DNA of 64,000 bases from an uncultured Christensenella sp. (GTDB lineage Bacteria > Bacillota > Clostridia > Christensenellales > DTU072). Under the pieces are notes generated by a model that was not told the origin of the DNA, did not search any database, and saw nothing but the letters and a program-made list of their open reading frames with translations. The DNA lies in the NCBI GenBank assembly GCA_949285605.1, contig CASDZI010000003.1, forward strand, positions 42,586 through 106,585, read 5' to 3'. The translations under genes and the position numbers were made by a program. Below are positions 1 through 9,079 of the stretch, piece after piece (positions within the stretch are counted from its first letter, which is position 1; the number at the start of each line of letters is the position of its first letter).

Positions 1-116
1 TGTTTATCTTTGACGTTCCGAGCAAATTCTATCTGATAACCCAAAGCGTCCCCTGCCGCTCCGGCTAAAAGCGAACCCGTTATCCTTTCTTTAGTCGTGA
101 CGCTTCCCCTGTCCAT
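1..116 (-). CDS. ADP-ribosylglycohydrolase family protein, N-terminal fragment (gene runs off the left edge)
   Basis: Hand translation from the ATG at 116..114 gives MDRGSVTTKERITGSLLAGAAGDALGYQIEFARNVKDK. The G-x-x-GDALG-x-x-x-EF signature is typical of the N-terminus of this fold. A GAGGAG Shine-Dalgarno lies at 121..126 on the minus strand. The ORF is too short to appear in the ORF track. Confidence 0.45.
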   Translation of the reverse strand, partial: MDRGSVTTKERITGSLLAGAAGDALGYQIEFARNVKDK

Positions 117-161
117 AAATCTCCTCGAATTTCTAAAATCGCCCTGCCGAAAACTCAAAAA

Positions 162-1028
162 TTATTCCGCAGAAGACTGGTAAACCGACGGCGCAACCCC
201 GGTAACCTGTTTGAATTTCCGTACGAAATACGCAGGGTCGTCGTAGCCGACTTCTTCCGCTACGGCTTGTATCTTCATCCCCTTATTTTTCAGAAGCTCC
301 TTGGCTTTCAGAATGCGTTTTTCCAGAATAAACTGCGATACCGTGCTGCCTACCGTGGTACTGAAAAGCCTGGAAAAATACGTTTCGTTTATAAAGCACA
401 TAGAGGCAAGGTCGGAAATTTTTATGTTTTCCTTATAGTTGTTTTCGATATACTGTATCGCCGGTTGCAATTTGTTGAGGCCGGTGGCTTTCTTTGCGTC
501 CAGTTTTTTCATAGTAGACATCAGTCCGTTCTGATTGATGTATTCCACGAGGTTTTCTACCAGGTGTACTATCGAAAAATATTTTTCTTCCCCTAAATCG
601 GGCATTGCGTTAAAAATTTCTTTCAGCTCGGGATAATCGTCCATATTCAGCAAAGGCTGACAATAGTCGTAACGGTCTTCGGCTAAACCGCATCTGGCAG
701 AACCGCCGCAGATGGCTCCGATATATTCTCCTTTGTAATATAAAGGTACCGAAAAGTCGGTCAGTCCGAAAAAACATTTGTATATAAGAGTTTTCCTTTC
801 CCGCGCCGACTCGAACGCAGAATGAGCCGCCGCCGTGAGACACTTTTTCCTTAATTCGGGATTAAGCCTCGCCGTTTTGCAAAAATGCGAATCGTTGCAA
901 GGATATACCACCACGTTCCCTACGGTATCGAGTACGCATAAGTTTACTCCGGTCGCTTTTGCCATGGAATCGAGGATAATTTTTAATTTATCCAAAGGAG
1001 CGATTTTAATCAATTTTTTATCGGGCAT
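162..1028 (-). CDS. AraC-family transcriptional regulator with N-terminal PocR-type sensory domain
   Basis: The N-terminal half is Cys/His-rich and PocR-like (LDSMAKATGVNLCVLD...YKCFFGLTDFSVPLYYKGEYIGAICGG). The C-terminal half is an AraC HTH (ISDLASMCFINETYFSRLFS...GYDDPAYFVRKFKQVTG). I prefer the ATG at 1028 (AAGGAGG 4 nt upstream) over the ORF-track start at 1064. Confidence 0.8.
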   Translation of the reverse strand: MPDKKLIKIAPLDKLKIILDSMAKATGVNLCVLDTVGNVVVYPCNDSHFCKTARLNPELRKKCLTAAAHSAFESARERKTLIYKCFFGLTDFSVPLYYKGEYIGAICGGSARCGLAEDRYDYCQPLLNMDDYPELKEIFNAMPDLGEEKYFSIVHLVENLVEYINQNGLMSTMKKLDAKKATGLNKLQPAIQYIENNYKENIKISDLASMCFINETYFSRLFSTTVGSTVSQFILEKRILKAKELLKNKGMKIQAVAEEVGYDDPAYFVRKFKQVTGVAPSVYQSSAE

Positions 1029-1074
1029 AAGACCTCCTTGCGTCTGTATTTCTCCCTTGGACACAAAAAAGTAT

Positions 1075-1097
1075 AAAATTATACAACAAAATTATAC
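1075..1097. repeat. Direct repeat AAAATTATAC x2 with a 13-bp period; candidate operator in the divergent AraC/hydrolase intergenic region
   Basis: AAAATTATAC occurs at 1075..1084 and again at 1088..1097, read directly from the sequence. Both copies lie between the divergently transcribed genes. The operator role is inference only. Confidence 0.4.
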
Positions 1098-1252
1098 TAT
1101 ATCTTGCAGGTTTTGTCAATTGTGACGACTTTTGAATTTTCGTATTATAAAAGTAGAAAAATAAATTCATAAGGCAGGCGGTGCCTTGAGGAGGTGAAAA
1201 TTTACCGCAAAAACATATTTAATCAACTTTTTATACTTAAAGGAGGACGAAA

Positions 1253-3247
1253 ATGGACTATTTCAAAGACGGTTTGAAAAATTATTTCACCAAAAACAAA
1301 GTCGCAGTTATATTTCTTATCGTTTGCCTTGCCGTTATATTTTTGAGCAGTTTTATCGCTTCCGGCATCCAGTCCGACGGCTGGACGGTGGAAGTTACCG
1401 ATCTCCGTGACGAAACCAACGAAGGCACCAAGGACGTGGTGACGGTTGTCGAAGGCACGGAAACGGTTAAAACCGAAACTATAAAAGGTAAAGTGGTAAG
1501 CGGTATACTCTTTAAGCCGAAAGAAGCTTCCGCAGATAACCCTCTGCCCGCCGTAGTGCTTACCCACGGGTATCTCAACAACCGTGAAATGCAACTTCAG
1601 AACGCAATCGAACTTGCAAGAAGAGGTTTCGTCGTGCTGACCGTGGACAGAGAAGGTCACGGTAACTACGAAAACAGCGGTTCTACCGACGCCCTTATGG
1701 CGACGAACGGACTTTACGACTCGGTAAAATACGTTTACAACCTCGACTACGTAGATAAGGATAAAATAGGTATCTCCGGTCACTCTATGGGCGGTATGAC
1801 AACCGCCTCCGTTCTTGCACAAGATATACAGCTCGGCCTTGTCAGCGCGGGACTTATGCAAGCCTGGAGTACGTTCTTTATGGCAGGAGCCGACGTGGAC
1901 GTAGGATTTCTGAAAGCCAAGGACGACGAATTCTTCTTTACCGATCCTAAAGCCGGCATAATTTCCAGAGAATGGCTCACTTCCAACGCCGCAAAAACCT
2001 TCACCGGCGAAACCGGCGACAGCGTAGTCAACAAAGCCATCTACGTCAACGGTCAGATCGTGGAAACCACGGGCGGACAGGAAGTGGACGGAGCGTTCAG
2101 AGTTATCTACGAAATCGACGGCGTTCATCCTCAGAACCACTGCTCGGTGGAAGGCGCAAACGCCGTAGTCAATTTCTTCTACAGCGCATTCGGAACCCCC
2201 AACGGCTTCGAATATATTTCCGAAGGCAACCAGACCTGGTGGGTCAAGGAAATGTTCTCTCTCATCGGTCTTATCGCTTTCTTTGCGTTGATATTCCCGA
2301 TGGTCAGCCTGCTCCTCAGAGTGCCTTTCTTCCGCAGTCTTAAAGGTAAACAGGTCGCTACCGAAGACGGTACCCTCGTTTGGGTGGACAACGCTCTTCC
2401 CGAAGCCAAACCTCTGAAAGGTATTCAGAAAAACCTCACTTACTGGCTGGGCGCAATAGGTATAGCCCTCTTCAGCGGATTTTCCATCAATTCCATCTAC
2501 ACCGAATACGGCGACAAATGGTTCCCCAATACCCAGCTCTATCCGCAGGATACCACCAACTGGGTAGCTATGTGGGCGGTATGCGTGGCGTTGTTCTCGG
2601 TTGCGGTGATCCTCTTCTTCTGGTTCGTCAACGGCGCAATCAACAAGATAAGATACAAAGAACAAGGCTCGTCCTATACCGAAAATCCCTTCGCTTCGGC
2701 TCGTCTGCAATCGGGCTTCGGCGGACTGGTAAAGACCTTTGTCCTCGCTTTGACCGTCGTAGGACTGCTGCTTGCTCTGCTGTTCCTCAACTGGGCTATC
2801 TGGAAAGTGGACTTCCGTATCTGGACGTTCGCCGTTAAGGTATTCGACCTCGGAGTGCTGCTCCCGACTATCGTAAGATACTCCGTCTTCTTCGGAATAT
2901 TCTTCATCGTGAGCGCTATCTTCAACGAAAACTACCGTGCCAAGAACCTCCCCGAATGGGCAAGCATACTGATAAACGTATTCTTCAATATCTTCGGAGT
3001 TCTGCTGGTAGTGGCTATCCAATACGGCACCTTCACCACCACCGGAGAAATGTGGCAGCCTGAAATGGATTTGGGTTATATCGTACTCTTCCCGATGATC
3101 CCCATTCTCGCCATAGCTACCGTTATCTCCAGAAGAATGACCGCAAAAACCGGAAACATCTGGCTGGGCGCATTCATCAACACGATATTGTTCACCCTCA
3201 TTACCTGTTCCAACACTGCGGCAAGCTTCTCTTATATCATGGGATAA
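1253..3247 (+). CDS. Membrane-embedded alpha/beta-fold serine hydrolase (N-terminal TM, hydrolase domain, polytopic C-terminal half)
   Basis: A GISGHSMGG nucleophile elbow and an upstream LTHGYLNN oxyanion-type motif are present. One N-terminal hydrophobic helix and about 8 hydrophobic segments fill the C-terminal 330 aa. An AGGAGG RBS precedes the ATG. Confidence 0.7.
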   Translation: MDYFKDGLKNYFTKNKVAVIFLIVCLAVIFLSSFIASGIQSDGWTVEVTDLRDETNEGTKDVVTVVEGTETVKTETIKGKVVSGILFKPKEASADNPLPAVVLTHGYLNNREMQLQNAIELARRGFVVLTVDREGHGNYENSGSTDALMATNGLYDSVKYVYNLDYVDKDKIGISGHSMGGMTTASVLAQDIQLGLVSAGLMQAWSTFFMAGADVDVGFLKAKDDEFFFTDPKAGIISREWLTSNAAKTFTGETGDSVVNKAIYVNGQIVETTGGQEVDGAFRVIYEIDGVHPQNHCSVEGANAVVNFFYSAFGTPNGFEYISEGNQTWWVKEMFSLIGLIAFFALIFPMVSLLLRVPFFRSLKGKQVATEDGTLVWVDNALPEAKPLKGIQKNLTYWLGAIGIALFSGFSINSIYTEYGDKWFPNTQLYPQDTTNWVAMWAVCVALFSVAVILFFWFVNGAINKIRYKEQGSSYTENPFASARLQSGFGGLVKTFVLALTVVGLLLALLFLNWAIWKVDFRIWTFAVKVFDLGVLLPTIVRYSVFFGIFFIVSAIFNENYRAKNLPEWASILINVFFNIFGVLLVVAIQYGTFTTTGEMWQPEMDLGYIVLFPMIPILAIATVISRRMTAKTGNIWLGAFINTILFTLITCSNTAASFSYIMG

Positions 3248-3263
3248 AGGAATCTCTGCTAAT

Positions 3264-3294
3264 AGAAAAAGCACCCGCCAAGGGTGCTTTTTCC
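3264..3294. terminator. Bidirectional intrinsic terminator between convergent genes
   Basis: The sequence is AAAAAGCACCC-GCCAA-GGGTGCTTTTT. The GC-rich stem (3271..3276 pairs with 3282..3287) is flanked by an A-run and a T-run. Confidence 0.8.
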
Positions 3295-3314
3295 TTTATG
3301 TTTTCCTTTCGAAA

Positions 3315-6300
3315 TCAGATGTCTCTTTTTATCTTACTTCTTTTTCCCAGTCCGACGCTGATTATCGCAATCGCCGCCACGGCTCCCGCACAGGCGAGGG
3401 CTATGCCAACTATCGCCCCCACCGGCAATCCGTCGTTTCCGTCTGCCGGTTCTCCGTCTCCCGAGGGAGGTATTTCGCTCCATTTTGCGTAAAGCACGGT
3501 ATCCTCTCCGAGCTCATTCAACGAATATATCCTCTCTCCGCTGAAATCGGGACTTGCGTACCAACCGTCGAAAAAGTAATTTTCTTTCTGCGGAGAAGGC
3601 AAAGGCGTGCCTGCCACATAGTTTTGCAAAACCTCTTCCCCGTCGCTCAACGAAAGGGTATAAATATTCCATTCCACCGTCACGGGATCCACCGTGTCGT
3701 CCTCCCAGGTATAATTGACGCTGTCTTTCAAACTTACCGTCGCCGTGTACGTTCCCGCATCTTTAGCTTTGTTTCCGCTTATGTCGCACAGCTCGGAAAC
3801 GTGTATTTCCGCAGTCTGTTCGCTGCCGGTATAAATAAGGTTACGAACGTTTTCGGGCTTGAATACTTTTGCGGGTACTATTTCCCAATTCAAAGTCAAA
3901 TCCTCCACCGTGGAGTCCTGCCAGGTGAAATTAGCTTTGTCTTTAAGCGAAGCCGTTGCGGTGTAATTTCCCGCAACAAGGGCAAAATTACCGCTCAAGG
4001 TATAATACTCGCTCTCCGCTATAGCCGCATACTGTCCCGACGGGGTATAAACGCTGTCTCCGAGGACGACGGGTTTATTTACTTTGAAGGGAACGATTGC
4101 CCACGCAACGGTCTTTATCCCGTAGCTTCCGTCTGCCCAGACGTAATTTGCGTCTTTCAAACTTATTTCGGCGATGTATTCCCCTGCGTTTTTAGCCGTG
4201 TTGTCGCTAAGAACGCAACTTCCGTCCACGGTGATGTCGGCTTCAAGCACAGACCCGTCATAGGTAACGCTCCCGTTATAGAACGGAAGAGCAAGCGTCT
4301 TTTTCTCCACAGTCCAGTCTAAGTTTTTATCCTCGGTCGTTCCGTCCGCCCAGACGTAATTGTTTTTACTTGTCAACGTCGCAGTGACCCTGTAACTGCC
4401 GGCGTTTACGGCGCTATTTCCGCTTAAAGTATAATGATCCGCTTTATTTACGGGAGCGTAAACCGTTTCGCCGCAATATACGGGCATCTCCGTCCCCATA
4501 ACGGGTATCGCCACTTCCAAAGGAAGAATTTTCCAGTCTATCGTTACGTCCGCAGTCTCTCCGCCCGTCCAACGGTAATTGGCGTTGACTAAACGTATCA
4601 CGGCGATATATTCCCCTGCGTCGGTAGCCTTGTTCCCCGTTACCGTGTATTCCGCTCTGGAGGCGACAGCTAACTGCTGTTCGGTCTGCGGAATGTAAAC
4701 GAATACCGTTTCTCCCACCGTGGGTACGGCAATTTCCTTGGGCAAAATACGCCAGGTCACGGTTTTTTCACCGTCGCCACCCGTCGCCCAGACGTAGTTT
4801 TCTTTGATTAAATTGAATTTTACTTCGTAAACTCCCGCATCCAGCTGTTTTTCTCCGGAAATTAAAATGCCGTCTCCGCCTTTCCATTCGAAAGTCTGCA
4901 TTTCGCCGCTGTAATAATATGTTTTTTCGACTATAAGCGTTTCGGGCAAAGGCACTTTTTTCTTTGCTATAGTCCATTCCAGAACGCGATCCTCCGTGGT
5001 TTCGTCCGCCCAACAGGTATTTGCTTTATCTTTAAGAGCAACCGTTAATTCATACGTTCCCGCTTCGACGGCGGTAAGTATACCCGAAGCTGTATAGTAT
5101 AACCCGGACGAAACTCCGCTTTCTTTTGCCTTTCCGTCGTAAACATTGTCTGTCTCAACGGTCGGGGCGGAAACTTTATATTTTGCGACTACCCAGACTA
5201 TATCAAAATAATTGCCTTCGGTATTCCGCCAACGGTAATTGTCGGGGTCGTTAAGGGTGACCGTAACCGTATAAGTGCCTGCCGCAACCGCCGTAAGAAC
5301 TCCGCCGAGAGTGAATTTGTCGTTGCTCGTCAAGGCAAAGTGCAAGGCGTTACCGTTATCGTAAACGTATTCCGTTTCGTCGGAAGGCTCGGGCAGAACT
5401 ATTTTTTCCACCGAAAACCCGTCTATCCGCAAAGATACCTCTCCGTAACGTAAAACGATATGCTCGTCTCCCGCTCTGAACGAATCCGCCGTCGGATACT
5501 CCACCGTGTAAGCGGATAAACTTTCTTCCGAGCCGTCGTTGTAAACTACGTTCACCGCCATATCCGTGGCATCAATTTTTTCGAAAGCAAAATATTCCGT
5601 CTTGGATGGCATATTTACCAAGACAAGTGCGACGACGTATTTTTTTACGGCGGTTATGGTCATCGTTCCGTTTACCGTCAGGTAATTTTCGTCGTCGGGA
5701 GTGAAAGTCCAGGCGTACTCCTTTTCTCCTATGACCAGTCCGTCGTAGTCTCCCCAAACGTATGTGCCTGCGGTGTCTCCCGAAGCGGAAATAATTTCGG
5801 GCAGGACGTTCCCCTCGTAATAGGTCACGTTCGCTACCGCAGGCCGTAAGGTAGGATAGGCTTTCGCTACGGAAACCGTTATCTCCAGAGAATAATTTAT
5901 ATAATTCGTCGGGTCGGAATTGAAATACGCTTCGTATGAAGACTTACTCACTACGGGTTTTTCGGTATCGTCGTTCCAGTAAATGTTATCGGGTAAGGTA
6001 ATGTCGGCTAAAGTCGTTTCGGGGTCGTACGTCACCGAAAAAGACGGGAGGATATAAGGGAGCATTTCTCCCGTAAAAGTGCCTTTTTCCAAGTTTACCG
6101 TCACGCTTAATTCGTAGTCTTTATAATTCGTCGGGTCGGCGTTATAGTAAGCTATGTACGAGGTTATTTTCCTCGTGGGTACCGTCGAAGCATCTTTCCA
6201 ACGGAAAGCGGGGAAACCGGATTTTTCGAAATCAAATGCGCTTAAGGACTGCGTTTTCGAATAAGTACCGCTGAAAGACGGAACTTCTCCGATATCTTCC

Positions 6301-8336
6301 TCGGTATAAGTTGCCTTTTCCAAAACAAGCGAGATGTACAGGGAATAATCGTTATAGTTTACGGGATCTGCGTTGAAAAAGGCCTCGTAAGTTTTCACGT
6401 CGACGGTCGGCGTTACGGACGAGTCTTTCCAACGGAAAGGGGAAGAATTTCCGAAATCGTAACTTTCCAATGTGGTTATTTTGGAATAAGTTCCCTCAAA
6501 GGACGGAACGGTTCCCACTTGTTCCTCCGTATAATCGGCTTTGGAAATTACTACCGTAAAGTTTCCGCTTTGTTTTTTAACGGTAAGTCCGTCGGCGTTG
6601 ACCGTCGCCACGCAGTAATACGTCCCCGACGAAGAAACGTCCGTTAAACTAATAGAAGAAGCGTTCGCCCCGTCGATTTTTTCGAATGGACCTTCTTCCG
6701 ACAAACTGTAAAACCACTCGTAGGTTATCGCTAAGTCGTGGGTAAATTCCGCCGTTATCGTACTTTCCTGTCCGTCGTAAACTTTACTTACGTCTCCGCT
6801 TTGGGATACGAAAACGATTTCGTCAAGTACCCATTTGGCGGTAAAAGTCGTGTTCTGACTAATATCGACCTTGGTTAACGGAGCGTAAGAAGTATCTCCA
6901 TCTCCCGTCTTCCAGCCGTCGAAAGAAAAGCCGGTTTTTTCTCTTGCGGGTAAAACCAGATACCAACCGTTATAGAGATCAAAGGTTTCGTCGGTAACGT
7001 CGTGGAGAGTAACGCTCTTTGCATCTCTTAACGCAACTCCCTGTATATCCGCCGTATTCCCTGCCAGAACCTCGGGTACAGGCAACCGACCTTCCGCCGC
7101 GCTCCAGCCATCCAACTTAGGATCTTTCATTTCGTCGGCGGAGATACCGCCTTGTTCGGGCGTGAGATATTTTACGAAATTCGAGTCCGAGTCCGAAGCG
7201 ATGTTCGGCGCCGTTGCGTAAACCGTTCCCGCAACAAACTCGTTTTCCACGGTTTCGCCCGTGGCTTTCACGTTGGCGGCGACAAGGGAATTTAATACGG
7301 TACCGTTATTTGTATAAGCTATGCCTGCCGCTCCGACTACTCCCTCGGCTTTACCGTAGAAAGCGCAGGTCGTTATACTTCCCGTGTTCTGTGCGGCGAT
7401 CCCTCCGACTTGTCTTGCTTTCAAGACTCCCGTAGCAAGGCAGTTTTCCACCGTGCCGCCGCCTTCGTTCGTTCCTACTATTCCGCCTGCATTTTCGATA
7501 CCTTCGGAAGTTATCGAGGCTGACGATAGACAAGCCGTAACGGTGCGGGCGTTAATTCCGACTATTCCGCCTGCATTTTCGATACCTTCGGAAGTTATCG
7601 ACGCTGACGATAAACAAGCCGTTACGGTCCCGTCGTTGGTTCCTGCTATTCCCCCCACCGTATCGGCTTTCGCCTCGGTAACGCTCGTAAGAGTACAGGA
7701 AGATACCGTGCCTGCATTATATCCGACGACGCCGCCTGCGAAGTAGTCGGGAGCGTTTATGTTTATATCGAGGTCTTCGACGGTAACGCTTGTGACGGCG
7801 CCTTCGTTGTAAGCGATCGCCCCTGCGTATCCTAAGTCGTCCGCTGTCGTCCCGAACGTTACGTCCAGTCCCGAAACCGTAAGGTTTTCTACCGAACCGC
7901 CCGTGCCGACGTAACCGAACAGCCCCGCCGCAACGGTTTTTACGCTTACGGTGACGTTACTTACCGTAAAACCGCCTCCGTTGAAAATGCCTTTGAAAAC
8001 TTTAGTCGTAGTCTGCGTTTCCCCGATTTCGATTTTTCCTATCGGAGTCCATTCCGAACCGTTCAGATCTATGTCTTTCGTAAGGGTGAAATATTCTCCG
8101 GCATAATTCGTACCGCCGTTGACTTGTGCGGCAAGGTAAGCGAGATCGTTTCCCGAAGAAATTTCGTAAGGATCGTCTTGCTTTCCGCTTCCCGAAAGCG
8201 TATCGGAAACGGCTCCCGTCCAAGGATCTATGGCGTAAGAGGTGTCGGAAACTCCTGCGGCTAAAACCGCTACGAATATCGCTAAAACAATCGTTACCGC
8301 CAACATAATTGCTAACGACGGAATTCTTTTTGCCAT
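3315..8336 (-). CDS. Giant repeat-rich cell-surface protein (GLUG-like repeats, Listeria-Bacteroides-type repeats, ~10 tandem Ig/MBG-like modules, C-terminal membrane anchor)
   Basis: The product is 1673 aa.
- N-terminal signal/TM: LAIMLAVTIVLAIFVAVLAAG.
- The first ~350 aa are rich in G-G-I-[AV]-G-x-N units.
- Two FxGW...AKW modules are present (FDGWKTGDGD..., FFDGWYASPDF...).
- A series of ~75-aa modules of the type YT(L/V)SGN-x-A-x-x-AG-x-Y-x-x-T-x-x-L-x-D-x-x-NY-x-W...W-x-I follows.
- The C-terminus has a Pro/Gly/Asp linker, then a hydrophobic helix and a KRSKIKRDI tail. There is no LPXTG motif.
AGGAGG sits 4 nt before the ATG at 8336, and the ORF-track start at 8351 lies upstream of that RBS. 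Confidence 0.75.
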   Translation of the reverse strand: MAKRIPSLAIMLAVTIVLAIFVAVLAAGVSDTSYAIDPWTGAVSDTLSGSGKQDDPYEISSGNDLAYLAAQVNGGTNYAGEYFTLTKDIDLNGSEWTPIGKIEIGETQTTTKVFKGIFNGGGFTVSNVTVSVKTVAAGLFGYVGTGGSVENLTVSGLDVTFGTTADDLGYAGAIAYNEGAVTSVTVEDLDININAPDYFAGGVVGYNAGTVSSCTLTSVTEAKADTVGGIAGTNDGTVTACLSSASITSEGIENAGGIVGINARTVTACLSSASITSEGIENAGGIVGTNEGGGTVENCLATGVLKARQVGGIAAQNTGSITTCAFYGKAEGVVGAAGIAYTNNGTVLNSLVAANVKATGETVENEFVAGTVYATAPNIASDSDSNFVKYLTPEQGGISADEMKDPKLDGWSAAEGRLPVPEVLAGNTADIQGVALRDAKSVTLHDVTDETFDLYNGWYLVLPAREKTGFSFDGWKTGDGDTSYAPLTKVDISQNTTFTAKWVLDEIVFVSQSGDVSKVYDGQESTITAEFTHDLAITYEWFYSLSEEGPFEKIDGANASSISLTDVSSSGTYYCVATVNADGLTVKKQSGNFTVVISKADYTEEQVGTVPSFEGTYSKITTLESYDFGNSSPFRWKDSSVTPTVDVKTYEAFFNADPVNYNDYSLYISLVLEKATYTEEDIGEVPSFSGTYSKTQSLSAFDFEKSGFPAFRWKDASTVPTRKITSYIAYYNADPTNYKDYELSVTVNLEKGTFTGEMLPYILPSFSVTYDPETTLADITLPDNIYWNDDTEKPVVSKSSYEAYFNSDPTNYINYSLEITVSVAKAYPTLRPAVANVTYYEGNVLPEIISASGDTAGTYVWGDYDGLVIGEKEYAWTFTPDDENYLTVNGTMTITAVKKYVVALVLVNMPSKTEYFAFEKIDATDMAVNVVYNDGSEESLSAYTVEYPTADSFRAGDEHIVLRYGEVSLRIDGFSVEKIVLPEPSDETEYVYDNGNALHFALTSNDKFTLGGVLTAVAAGTYTVTVTLNDPDNYRWRNTEGNYFDIVWVVAKYKVSAPTVETDNVYDGKAKESGVSSGLYYTASGILTAVEAGTYELTVALKDKANTCWADETTEDRVLEWTIAKKKVPLPETLIVEKTYYYSGEMQTFEWKGGDGILISGEKQLDAGVYEVKFNLIKENYVWATGGDGEKTVTWRILPKEIAVPTVGETVFVYIPQTEQQLAVASRAEYTVTGNKATDAGEYIAVIRLVNANYRWTGGETADVTIDWKILPLEVAIPVMGTEMPVYCGETVYAPVNKADHYTLSGNSAVNAGSYRVTATLTSKNNYVWADGTTEDKNLDWTVEKKTLALPFYNGSVTYDGSVLEADITVDGSCVLSDNTAKNAGEYIAEISLKDANYVWADGSYGIKTVAWAIVPFKVNKPVVLGDSVYTPSGQYAAIAESEYYTLSGNFALVAGNYTATASLKDKANFTWQDSTVEDLTLNWEIVPAKVFKPENVRNLIYTGSEQTAEIHVSELCDISGNKAKDAGTYTATVSLKDSVNYTWEDDTVDPVTVEWNIYTLSLSDGEEVLQNYVAGTPLPSPQKENYFFDGWYASPDFSGERIYSLNELGEDTVLYAKWSEIPPSGDGEPADGNDGLPVGAIVGIALACAGAVAAIAIISVGLGKRSKIKRDI
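7477..7644. repeat. Near-perfect 84-bp tandem duplication inside the surface-protein gene
   Basis: ACTATTCCGCCTGCATTTTCGATACCTTCGGAAGTTATCGA... begins at 7477 and again at 7561. Only a few mismatches occur over the first ~70 nt. The duplication encodes TVTACLSSASITSEGIENAGGIVG twice, as 28-aa units. Confidence 0.9.
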
Positions 8337-8445
8337 AATGCCTCCTTGCATTATACTATAGAAATATTACTTTTATATTATACTGATTATTCCGCTACAC
8401 CGTCAAGCCCCGTGCCTTCGGGAGAAAACCGACTTTATATCGGTA

Positions 8446-8475
8446 TTGACATCGGAACGCATTTTGATTTAGAAT
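8446..8475 (+). promoter_or_regulatory. Sigma-70-type promoter of the Gx-transporter/rnf operon
   Basis: TTGACA (8446..8451), an 18-nt spacer, then TAGAAT (8470..8475). It lies about 30 nt upstream of the TTG start at 8504, which has a GAGGA RBS. Confidence 0.6.
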
Positions 8476-8503
8476 GAAAATATAAATATTTGAGGAAATA
8501 AAT

Positions 8504-9079
8504 TTGCATAGTTCCGTAAAAAACACAGGTATCAAAAGACTCGCCCTGCTCGGTATATTTACCGCAGGAGCTCTTTTATCCTTTCTTTTGGAAAGCCTGA
8601 TTCCGCCCCTTTTTATCCCGGGCGCAAAATTCGGAATAAGTAACGTATTTACTCTGTTTTGTATGGTGGTACTTTCACCGGCAGAGGCGGCTGTTCTGCT
8701 TATTGCCAGAATTTTCCTCGGAAACCTTATCGTAGGCAATCTTTTTGCCACGGTATTTTCTCTGCCTGCGGGACTGGTTGCCCTTCTTGTCGGCGCTTTG
8801 CTTCTCGCTTTAATCCCGAAAATCAGCCTTACTGCCGTAAGCGTGGCTATGGCGGTTATGCACAACGCAGTGCAAAATGTCGTTTTCTGCTTAATTAGCG
8901 GAAGTTTCGCTGCGGCAATCTACCTCCCCTATCTGTTGCTTTTAGGCGTGATAAGCGGTTTTTTCGTAGGTTGCCTGGTTTATTTACTCGTTCACAAGAT
9001 CCCGTTAAACGTTTATTCAACGTTTCTAAATGAAAAAAAAGCGGTTAATGGAGGTAATTTTGAAAATTCGGAAAGGTAA
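8504..9079 (+). CDS. Gx transporter family protein (heptaprenyl diphosphate synthase component-I-like membrane protein)
   Basis: This is a small polytopic membrane protein (LLGIFTAGALLSFLLESLIPPLFIPGAKFGISNVFTLF...). It sits immediately upstream of rnfC, in the same neighbourhood as NusG-II and ApbE, as is commonly seen. It has a TTG start. Confidence 0.6.
   Translation: MHSSVKNTGIKRLALLGIFTAGALLSFLLESLIPPLFIPGAKFGISNVFTLFCMVVLSPAEAAVLLIARIFLGNLIVGNLFATVFSLPAGLVALLVGALLLALIPKISLTAVSVAMAVMHNAVQNVVFCLISGSFAAAIYLPYLLLLGVISGFFVGCLVYLLVHKIPLNVYSTFLNEKKAVNGGNFENSER

Noticed and set aside
1223-3274. A 683-aa minus-strand ORF fully antisense to the 664-aa hydrolase gene.
   Set aside because: Its translation is low-complexity (rich in E, G, V, F and H), with no recognisable motifs, RBS or TM logic. 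The plus-strand frame has the GHSMGG hydrolase motif, coherent TM segments and an AGGAGG RBS. The ORF is a stop-poor antisense frame.
7477-7644. The repeated 84-bp units, considered as a possible CRISPR or other non-coding array.
   Set aside because: There are only two copies, directly abutting with no spacers, in frame inside a long CDS. No cas genes lie nearby.
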